Of a stretch of DNA of 64,000 nucleotides, positions 56,290-64,000 are shown piece by piece. Each line of letters begins with the position of its first letter. Positions within the stretch are counted from its first letter, which is position 1. The stretch lies in the NCBI GenBank assembly GCA_963778115.1, contig CAVZSV010000006.1:1-64000 (forward strand), written 5' to 3'. The position numbers and the translations under genes were made by a program. The notes under the pieces were generated by a model. That model did not search any database. It was not told the DNA's origin and worked only from the letters and a program-made list of their open reading frames with translations. This DNA is from an uncultured delta proteobacterium. Lineage in GTDB: Bacteria > Bdellovibrionota > FAC87 > UBA2466.

Positions 56290-56943
56290 ATGATCGCTTT
56301 GGGAAAAAGAGCACGGAAAGTATCCCCGAAAGCCTTCGGCGAGGATTCCCCTGTGGTACGCAAGAAATACGATAGTGAAGATAGTAAACGGCGCTTGGTA
56401 AAGGCCGCCATCAACGTGTTTTCTAAGTTGGGCTATGACGCTTCCACTACGAAGAACATCGCCAAAAGTGCTGGAGTGAACGAGTCTCTCATCCACCGCT
56501 ATTTCGAAAATAAACTGGGCCTTTTCTTCGCAATGATGCACGACTATCACGACTGCCTCACCAATACGCTGCCTTATCCGCCCCAGGCCACCGTGGAGGA
56601 GGAGCTCAGTCAGTTCATTCGCTTTCGAATGGAGTTCTCTAGACGACAAAAGAAGTTTGTACGGATTTTAATTACCCGTGCCATCCTCGACCCCAAAGTG
56701 AGGGTTGAGATCAAAAGTTTATTCCGTAACGGCGTTCCGGGTCTTGTTGAGCGGCTAGAGGTATTGCGTTCCCAAGGTAAAATATCGGCGGAAGTCGCTA
56801 TTGAGGATCTCTCCTTGCTGGTCACAGCCCTTTCTTTTTCCATGTCCATGTTTACCCAAATCATGTCCACCTTGGACGAAGACGTCGCCGATCGAACCAT
56901 CGCTTTGGGGGCTAAAGCCCTGGCCAAAGGATTGGCTCCTTGA
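56290..56943 (+). CDS. TetR/AcrR-family transcriptional regulator
   Basis: GGAG RBS and ATG 56290; HTH LVKAAINVFSKLGYDASTTKNIAKSAGVNESLIHRYFENK; divergent from the efflux operon. Confidence 0.94.
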   Translation: MIALGKRARKVSPKAFGEDSPVVRKKYDSEDSKRRLVKAAINVFSKLGYDASTTKNIAKSAGVNESLIHRYFENKLGLFFAMMHDYHDCLTNTLPYPPQATVEEELSQFIRFRMEFSRRQKKFVRILITRAILDPKVRVEIKSLFRNGVPGLVERLEVLRSQGKISAEVAIEDLSLLVTALSFSMSMFTQIMSTLDEDVADRTIALGAKALAKGLAP

Positions 56944-57908
56944 TGCGTCTGCCCGCTGTGGTAAACCATCCTCGCATTATGAAAAGGGCAAAGAAAACCC
57001 AGCCACCCAAGAACGCAGATTATCGCATCTCCTTTTGGGTATTTGTGCTTGTGGCAGTTACGTTACATGCCGGGTTGATCCTATGGTTTCCGCTGGTTAA
57101 GACGACAGCTCCCGAAAAACTAATCGAAGTCAGTGTGATCGCTTCCGAAGAAAAAGCGCAGAGTGGCGGGGCGTCTACGGTGGCTCGACCCGGTAAGATA
57201 GCAGCCTCTGCCGGACGTAAGGCCGATGCGGGTGGGTCCGGCAATTCCGGCTCCTCCCCTAGACCGCTGTCGTTAACGGATCTCAGTGTCGGTAGCGCTT
57301 ATGGGCCTTCCGAGGGGCCTCAAGGATATGGTCAACAGCCATTGGGAGTCGGCTCGGGTTCGTCTCCTATTCTAGATGAAGCGCGGGGAACCGTAACGTT
57401 TCGAGCCTTATATCAGCGAATCGACCAAGTCCTCACCTATCCGCCTGAGTTGTCGGCGGCGGGCTTTGAAGGGTTTGTCAAAGCAGATTTGGCACTCTTG
57501 CCTTCGGGCGAGTTAGATAAGAAGCGATCCAGAGTGGTTGCTAACTCTCCCTATCTACGAGTCCATGTCTTGCGAGTCCTTAGACGGGCCCTCCAAGAAA
57601 AGTTACCCGAGTCTTGGTTAAAGCAGACCCGTGGTCTTCTATTTAAGTGCGTTTTCCAATTCGAATTGGTGGGCGACACAGGCGATATTGCCCATAGTGC
57701 CGACTCCGAAACGTCGGGCAAGTCACTAACTTTCTATAGGGCGGGAAAGCCGTGGGGACAGTGGTCTATCGGCCCTTTTACGGGTTACGGAGCGATGCCC
57801 GCGGTTGGAGTCGACCCCTCCTGGTTCACCGATGAGTTAGGATTGTCCCATTCAAAGCCCGTCGATCCGTTAAAAAGCTATCGGGAAGATCCCGACTGGA
57901 GAAGTTAG
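56943..57908 (+). CDS. TonB-like membrane-anchored protein (TM, G/S/P-rich linker, TonB_C-like domain)
   Basis: TM with VTLHA (S/T-x-x-H-like motif); YPPELSAAGFEGFV resembles the TonB C-terminal YP..A...G.EG.V motif. Confidence 0.6.
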   Translation: MRLPAVVNHPRIMKRAKKTQPPKNADYRISFWVFVLVAVTLHAGLILWFPLVKTTAPEKLIEVSVIASEEKAQSGGASTVARPGKIAASAGRKADAGGSGNSGSSPRPLSLTDLSVGSAYGPSEGPQGYGQQPLGVGSGSSPILDEARGTVTFRALYQRIDQVLTYPPELSAAGFEGFVKADLALLPSGELDKKRSRVVANSPYLRVHVLRVLRRALQEKLPESWLKQTRGLLFKCVFQFELVGDTGDIAHSADSETSGKSLTFYRAGKPWGQWSIGPFTGYGAMPAVGVDPSWFTDELGLSHSKPVDPLKSYREDPDWRS

Positions 57909-57941
57909 ATTTCCGACTCACTCTGGGGATCCCTTTTTCTA

Positions 57942-58809
57942 TTACTGGATCGCTCCAAAGCGAACTAACAGTTGTGAAATCTCTGACTCGCCCTGAGCAT
58001 ATCGAAGGGCGGTGAAGCCTGCTCCATTGGGAACATTGGGATTAGCTTTTTTTGTAAGAAGCTCGGAGACAATTTCTTTATTCTTCTCGACCGCGCCAAA
58101 CGCTACCGGGACTGTGCCGTAAGCGTTGGGCTTGTTAGGATTCGCACCCCGAGAGAGCAATAACTTCGTCGTTTCCACTTGTTTGTTTTCGATAGCGCAG
58201 ATCAGTGGAGTTCTTCCAAAGCGGGTTCGGCTCTGATCGATATCTTCACCCGCATTTAATAAGGCAGTTACGCGGCCATTATCCCCTTTGGCTGCAGCCA
58301 TTAGCATCGGAAAGGGAGTGACTTCGGGATCTTGAACGCTGCAGCGATCGAAACTCTTGGGGGTAACACCGGTGGCGACCTTAGACTCTTTTCGATTCGG
58401 TTGGGCAGCGAGTGCAATAAAGTCCTCCATCAGATCACCCGAAGCAGAAGTCCCGGCTCCTTCGGTTTCAGAAGCGTTATTTCCTAATTCAGACGTTGAG
58501 TTTCCTGTCGTATCAGCCTTTACTTTCGCAATACCTGCGGGAAGATGGCTTACTGGGATTTTAGTCTTTGTTATCTCGGACGCGATCGTTTTGTTTTGGG
58601 GAGTTTCCTTGGCTTCAGGTTCAGCGGGTTCCGGTTCCACGACGGGCCAAGCAGGTGCAAAAGATGGGTTCTGAGGAAACCTGACTTCTCTCGTTGAGAT
58701 CCCCGCTGCTGGAGTCGCGAACATGCTCAGCTCTCGCTTGCGACGCAACGGCAAAAATAATGATCAAAAGTAGTAAGTTTCCTAAATGATTCTTTTGAAG
58801 CAAAAGCAT
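57942..58809 (-). CDS. Exported ankyrin-repeat protein with an apparent single-base frameshift near 58660
   Basis: ATG 58809 with GAGG RBS gives a signal peptide ending AVASQARA. Removing one base (e.g. from AAAA at 58659-58662) joins it to the ankyrin frame (GRTPLICA, LLSRGANPN, GFTALRYA). Confidence 0.8.
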
Positions 58810-58848
58810 TGTGAACCTCTTGGGCAGAGAACGCTATTCAAGAGTCTT

Positions 58849-58864
58849 TGCAACGCTTGCACCA
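58849..58864 (-). promoter_or_regulatory. Probable sigma-54 -24/-12 promoter of the ankyrin gene
   Basis: Minus strand TGGTGCAAGCGTTGCA matches TGG-N8-TTGCA (GG-N10-GC), 40 nt upstream of ATG 58809. Confidence 0.55.
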
Positions 58865-59142
58865 TGCTAACAGGCAGTCCCGCTCTCGAATTCACGCGAA
58901 ACTAAATGACGAATTCTTGTAGAAGACGAAGAAAAAATCGCTAACGCCTGAATAGGAGATGATTGAGGAGCCGTGAATCTGGTGTAGTTTCCTAGCGACG
59001 TCGGGAAAAAGCGTGACAGTCCAATGCCTGTTATTTTTTTTCTTTCGGAGCTCGGACTTCGATTTTAGGTTCTTTTGGCGCATTCCTCGAAAAAAGGTTT
59101 CCCTCCCGCCGGTTTTGAGTAAACTGGGCCGTTGGGAGCGTT

Positions 59143-62100
59143 ATGACTTTATCTGATATTTCTATCAAAAAGCCGGTCTTTGCATGGATGTTAATGGCGG
59201 GGCTATTGGTATTTGGCGCCATCTCCTATCTGTTTATGGGGATTAGCCAACTTCCCGACGTAGATTTTCCCGTAGTGACGGTTACTGTGACCTGGGCGGG
59301 GGCCTCTCCCGATGTGATGGAATCCGCGGTAGCCGATATTGTCGAAGATGCCGTGATGAGCGTTGACGGCATTCAGCTCGTCCAGTCTACCTCTCAGCAA
59401 GGAATGACCCAAGTCACGATTCAGTTCAATCTAACCCAAGATATCAACGTCGCCCTTCAGCAGGTGCAGACCAAACTCTCTCAAGCTCAAAAAAATCTAC
59501 CCCAGACCATCGATCCGCCGGTAATCACGAAAACCAATCCTAATGATCAGCCCATTATTTGGACGGCCGCTTACACTTCGACAGGAACGTTGCGCGATTT
59601 AGCTCTATTCGTTCGAGATCATCTCAAAGACACGCTGACGACGATTAACGGCGTCGGAGATGTTTCCATGGGCGGCTACGTTGATCCTCAAATGCGCGTT
59701 TGGCTAAATGCTAACGAAATGCGCAAGCGAGAGATTACCTCTCAAGACATTATTGACGCCATCAACAACGAACATCAGTTAGCCCCTACCGGTTATCAAG
59801 ATCAAGGCGATCATGAGACCTATGTTCGAGTCCATTCCGAGTTTGAGAATGCCCAGGAGTGTAACGGACTTTATATTCCCGCTCGGCAAGGGTTACCTAA
59901 CTACGCCAAAATTCCCATCGGACAGGTTGCTAATTGCGTCGAAGGCACGGATGAGATCCGCCGTATCTCCCGGTTCAATACGATTCAGCCAACGATTGGA
60001 TTAGGCATCATTAAGCAGCACGGCACCAACGCGGTCGCCATTGGTGATGCGGTTAAGCGCAAGCTTAAGCAACTCGATGACGTACTTCCCAAAGGAATGA
60101 AGATGGGGATCGTCATGGATACGACCACTTTCATCAGGGATTCGATCGGCGAATTACGGGAGACCCTTATTTTAGCCGTCGTTTTGACGTCGGTGGTTTG
60201 CTACCTCTTTTTAGGAACGTGGAGCTCGGCTTTCAATGTGATTTTAGCGATCCCCGTTTCTTTGGTGGGTTCCTTTATCTTTCTCCATTTCATGGGGTTT
60301 ACGGTAAACACTTTCGTTTTGATGGGGCTGTCGCTTTCCATTGGTATCGTGGTCGATGACGCCATCATGGTACTCGAAAATATCACACGTCACTTTGAAA
60401 TGGGAAAAAGCCGCGTGCACGCCGCTTTGGTGGGAGCCAGAGAGATCACCGGAGCCGCGGTCGCTGCTTCCCTTGCCATTCTTGCCATCTTTGTACCTGT
60501 CATTTTCATGCAAGGAATCGTCGGAAAGTTTTTCTATCAGTTCGGAGTCACTCTTTCGGTAGCGGTGATGATTTCTTTACTAGAGGCGCTGACACTGGCT
60601 CCCATGCGCTGCTCGCAATTTTTGTCCGTGGGAGGAGGCAATTTTGTCACTAAAGGAGTCTCTCGCTTCATGGATGCTTTGGCGGCGCTCTACAAAAGAG
60701 CGCTAGCGTGGTGTTTGAATTGGCGTTGGGTGGTCATCGGGATAGCTTTTCTTATCTTTGGTAGTTCTCTAATGACTATCAAATCCCTTAGAAAAGAGTT
60801 CTTACCTCCTCAAGACCAAAGCCGTTTTCTAGTGACCCTTTACACGAAGATGGGATCCTCTATCGCGCTCACCGATAGGGTGTTCAAAGAAGCCGAAGCT
60901 TTCTTTAAAACGCGCCCTGAGATCGACTCGTTTTATGTTGCTGTCGGAGGTTTCGGAGGAGGGTTGGTCAACCAGGGGATTTCTTTTCTAACGCTAAAGG
61001 ATCCCGACGTTCGCCCCGTGGCAGCTCCTTTTAAAAAGAAGGCTCCTACTCAGCAAGAGTTCATGCAGTATGTGAGAAGTGAGTTACTTAAACTGCCTGG
61101 CGTTGAGCGCGCGGCATTGCTCGATTTGTCACTCACTGGATTTAGCGCCCAGCGCGGTTACCCCATTGAATTTGTGATTCAAGGACCGGAATGGACTAAG
61201 CTCGCCGATGTCTCGTTGGAGATGCGCAAGAGAATGACCGCCTCGGGCTTGATGGCGGACGTAGATACGGACTACAATCCCAATATGCCGGAGACCGAAA
61301 TCTTCCCCGATCGAAGATTGGCTGCCGAGCATGGAGTAGATGTGACGACGATCGCCAATAGCGTTGCCGCCATGGTGGGAGGGCTAAAGTTACTTCCCAA
61401 TAAATATACGGATTCCTCGGGTCATCGAGACGATATCCAAGTGAAACTATTGCCCGACGAAAACACGGGGCCGTCGGATATCAATAAGATCTATGTTCGT
61501 AACGTCTACGGTGAAGTGCTTCCGCTGACGAGTGTCATTACTATGAAAGAGGCGAGTACGCTGCTTACGATTACGCGCTATAATCGCGAGCGCGGAATTA
61601 GCGTCTTCGGAAACTTTGCCCCGGGGAAATCGCAATCGGAAGTGATCGAGTATGTGAAGAAAACGGCTAAAGAGGTTTTGCCCGAAGGTTACCATCTGAC
61701 GATGTCGGGAAGCTCTCAAGCTTTTAACGAGTCCATCAATAGCCTTCTTGGAGCGTTGGTATTGGGAGTTTTTGTGGCTTTCATGGTTCTGGCCAGCCAG
61801 TTCAATAGCTTTCTACATCCGGTCATCATTCTTCTGGCCCTTCCTTTCAGCATTACCGGTGCGTTGTGGGCGATGCGAATTAGCGATACTTCGGTGAATA
61901 TCTACAGTCTCATCGGAATCTTGCTTCTCATGGGGATCGTTAAAAAGAATTCCATCTTACTAGTCGAATTTACCAACCATAAGCGAACCGAAGGGTTTGG
62001 AGTGAAAGAGGCACTGCTGGACGCTTGCCCTGTTCGGCTGCGTCCCATCTTAATGACCTCTATTGCGACGATTACCGGAGCGATCCCCGAAGCACTCGCG

Positions 62101-62319
62101 ACCGGATCGGGATCGGAAGTTATGCGCCCTATGGCCATTGCCGTCATCGGGGGGGTGCTGGTTTCGACCTTCCTAACCCTATTTGTGGTTCCCTGCGCCT
62201 ACTCTTTGGCGAGTCGTCTGGAGAGTCACAAGCATGGCGAGGAGTTGCGAAAGGCGCTAGAGTCTTTGGGCGAACTGGGCCCGACCCACATCTTGACCGA
62301 TGCGCCCGTGGATCGTTAG
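59143..62319 (+). CDS. AcrB/AcrD/AcrF-family RND permease
   Basis: SIKKPVFA, PDVDFPVV, IGIVVDDAIMVLENI, GIVKKNSILLVEF, RLRPILMTS, PMAIAVIGG. Confidence 0.96.
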   Translation: MTLSDISIKKPVFAWMLMAGLLVFGAISYLFMGISQLPDVDFPVVTVTVTWAGASPDVMESAVADIVEDAVMSVDGIQLVQSTSQQGMTQVTIQFNLTQDINVALQQVQTKLSQAQKNLPQTIDPPVITKTNPNDQPIIWTAAYTSTGTLRDLALFVRDHLKDTLTTINGVGDVSMGGYVDPQMRVWLNANEMRKREITSQDIIDAINNEHQLAPTGYQDQGDHETYVRVHSEFENAQECNGLYIPARQGLPNYAKIPIGQVANCVEGTDEIRRISRFNTIQPTIGLGIIKQHGTNAVAIGDAVKRKLKQLDDVLPKGMKMGIVMDTTTFIRDSIGELRETLILAVVLTSVVCYLFLGTWSSAFNVILAIPVSLVGSFIFLHFMGFTVNTFVLMGLSLSIGIVVDDAIMVLENITRHFEMGKSRVHAALVGAREITGAAVAASLAILAIFVPVIFMQGIVGKFFYQFGVTLSVAVMISLLEALTLAPMRCSQFLSVGGGNFVTKGVSRFMDALAALYKRALAWCLNWRWVVIGIAFLIFGSSLMTIKSLRKEFLPPQDQSRFLVTLYTKMGSSIALTDRVFKEAEAFFKTRPEIDSFYVAVGGFGGGLVNQGISFLTLKDPDVRPVAAPFKKKAPTQQEFMQYVRSELLKLPGVERAALLDLSLTGFSAQRGYPIEFVIQGPEWTKLADVSLEMRKRMTASGLMADVDTDYNPNMPETEIFPDRRLAAEHGVDVTTIANSVAAMVGGLKLLPNKYTDSSGHRDDIQVKLLPDENTGPSDINKIYVRNVYGEVLPLTSVITMKEASTLLTITRYNRERGISVFGNFAPGKSQSEVIEYVKKTAKEVLPEGYHLTMSGSSQAFNESINSLLGALVLGVFVAFMVLASQFNSFLHPVIILLALPFSITGALWAMRISDTSVNIYSLIGILLLMGIVKKNSILLVEFTNHKRTEGFGVKEALLDACPVRLRPILMTSIATITGAIPEALATGSGSEVMRPMAIAVIGGVLVSTFLTLFVVPCAYSLASRLESHKHGEELRKALESLGELGPTHILTDAPVDR

Positions 62320-62453
62320 GAAGCAAGCCCTTTCGCATGGGCGTTGGCCTTCACAATCTTCACAATTGCCAAGTGTTCATTCCTAATCGAATGCCCCAGC
62401 TGCAAAATTTCTTCTTCTTCCTTTGGTAAGATCTTCATATGAAGGAGAATCCT

Positions 62454-62678
62454 ATGCAAGGCATGCGCATTAAGAGTCACAAAAACGGAAATATTCACAC
62501 CTCTTCCTTTCGTTCGGGCGCAAATTCCTCATTCCATGCGCGGCCCAATTTTTGGGAAGCGATCCGTCCTGAGAAGCCTCAAGCGGCAAGCGCTCGGGTT
62601 CGTGCGGTAAATGATTTCTCAGAGAAGAAAGCGACTACCCCGGCGAAGAAAGTGGCCATGGCAAAGCGAAAGAGGTAA
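62454..62678 (+). CDS. Small basic hypothetical protein (74 aa)
   Basis: Strong GAAGGAG RBS 6 nt before ATG 62454; Lys/Arg/Ala-rich C-terminus. Confidence 0.55.
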   Translation: MQGMRIKSHKNGNIHTSSFRSGANSSFHARPNFWEAIRPEKPQAASARVRAVNDFSEKKATTPAKKVAMAKRKR

Positions 62679-62822
62679 TACCTCCGCTGATCCTCTCAAA
62701 TTGTTTACTTCGGGTTTGCATTTTGCCACACAAGTTCATCTAGGCGCGCCCAGGTAACCTCATACTAATCTGGTACGTGTTTTGCTCTCTTAAGCGGATA
62801 ACAAGTAACGGAGGTTATCCCA

Positions 62823-63146
62823 ATGATGAGAGCACATTCGACTCCACCCGGACTGAGTGAGTGGCAGGGTACCATCCCCTTCGACAAGATCATTCTCCAT
62901 CCCAAACATTTATGGAGTCGGGACCTAGAGGTCATCTTGCCATCGGCCATTGTAGCCCTAAGTGTTCTGGGTTCCCTTTTTTACAACATCGTGTTGGGAG
63001 ATGATGTGCTGCACTCGGTATTAACCATGTTTTTGGGAATCGCCACTATGACGTTCGCCTTCACGCTTCTCGTAGCGGTAAAAAGTTATGAAGAAGCGGT
63101 GGAGATCGTGGAGCGAAATCGGAAGTGGATTTTAGACCGCTGGTAG
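62823..63146 (+). CDS. Small two-TM hypothetical membrane protein
   Basis: GGAGG RBS; two hydrophobic helices. Confidence 0.65.
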   Translation: MMRAHSTPPGLSEWQGTIPFDKIILHPKHLWSRDLEVILPSAIVALSVLGSLFYNIVLGDDVLHSVLTMFLGIATMTFAFTLLVAVKSYEEAVEIVERNRKWILDRW

Positions 63147-63262
63147 TGGTGTCGAACCGCCCCGGACGGCGTCCCGCATTGGAGGACTGGGAATTCGTTG
63201 CGTCGTCAAAACCCCATTGCTATTTTTTTTAACCTATGTTCAATGGTCGGCGAGGGAACTAA

Positions 63263-64000
63263 ATGAAACGACTCGCCTGCCTTTTTACGTTGGTGGTATC
63301 GATTTTAATCCTGGGCCACTCCGCCCTGGCCTTTTCAGCCGTAGGCGATGAAGAGGCAATGAATACCTCTAGAGCCAAAGAGGGCTCCGATGAAGGTTAT
63401 GGAATCATTAGTGGAAACGTAGCCTTGACTTCGGACTATGTATTTCGCGGACAATCGCAGACCGACCACCAACCCGCCATTCAAGGGGGACTTGACTGGG
63501 CCGGCCCGTATGGAATTTACGTCGGGGCCTGGGGCTCTAACGTCCATTTCGCGGATAGTCCCGCGGCCTTGGAGCTACAGACCTACGTGGGTATCGATTA
63601 TTCCTTCGCCAGACATTGGACCATCGGATCTGGTGTCAATTACTACTCTTATTTTCGTGGTTCTGAAGGAAACACTTGGGAGATTCCCCTACGAGTGGGT
63701 TGGAAAAAGTTCAAAGCCGAAGTCGATTATGCTCCCATCTGGGGAAATCTGGGCGGGAGCTCCTGGTACATTTCCGCGGGTTGGGCCGATAAGATCATCT
63801 ACGAAATTACTTTAGGACTGAATGCCGGCTATTCGTTCTTTGGGCAGGCCGTTCCCTATTTAAATTACGCCGACTTTAGAATCGCGGTTAGTCGCGAATT
63901 GCTGACGGTCAATTGGGAGATTGCCACTACATTCGTTAGCCGCGAACAGTTCAATGGGGCCGATCAACCGAGACTCATCTTTACTGCTTCGAAATCGTTC
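63263..64000 (+). CDS. TorF-family (TIGR02001-type) putative porin, open to the window end; not in the ORF track
   Basis: Manual translation: signal peptide, SGNVALTSDYVFRGQSQTDHQPAIQGGLD, YVGAWGSNV, ending IFTASKSF at base 64000. Confidence 0.9.
   Translation, partial: MKRLACLFTLVVSILILGHSALAFSAVGDEEAMNTSRAKEGSDEGYGIISGNVALTSDYVFRGQSQTDHQPAIQGGLDWAGPYGIYVGAWGSNVHFADSPAALELQTYVGIDYSFARHWTIGSGVNYYSYFRGSEGNTWEIPLRVGWKKFKAEVDYAPIWGNLGGSSWYISAGWADKIIYEITLGLNAGYSFFGQAVPYLNYADFRIAVSRELLTVNWEIATTFVSREQFNGADQPRLIFTASKSF

Noticed and set aside
62316..62498. 60-aa minus-strand ORF after the RND gene
   Set aside because: Weak RBS, no recognisable motif, and it overlaps the better-supported plus-strand small gene.
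63438..63815. 125-aa plus-strand ORF and the 63335-63547 minus-strand ORF
   Set aside because: Alternative frames of the TorF-family porin gene that starts at 63263.

Overview
Gene-dense chromosomal window from a diderm bacterium. The many exported hypothetical proteins, FG-GAP and NHL surface proteins and Cph1/Rcp1-type signalling suggest Bdellovibrionota/Oligoflexia or a deltaproteobacterial relative (inference only). Contents in order: a two-component cluster; a TonB-dependent receptor followed by two exported proteins; thrABC with a convergent asd; an FG-GAP protein; a desaturase; a lytic transglycosylase; a LamB-type porin; a SLOG/cNMP-binding divergon with four tandem 12-bp palindromes; an operon for an exported atypical patatin and a possible lipid-binding protein; a ~16.5 kb glycan locus (rfbF/G/H, split transketolase, GtrB-like enzyme, three GT-C enzymes including YfhO-like and TMTC-like) next to an NHL-repeat protein; gltB without gltD; an IS50/Tn5-like element with a 9-bp target duplication inserted into a 93-bp palindrome; a TetR-linked EmrAB-TolC pump; an ankyrin protein; an orphan RND permease; and a TorF-family porin at the right edge. 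Several genes carry apparent single-base frameshifts that may be assembly errors. I saw no rRNA, tRNA or CRISPR array. All family calls come from recognising motifs by eye; no searches were run.
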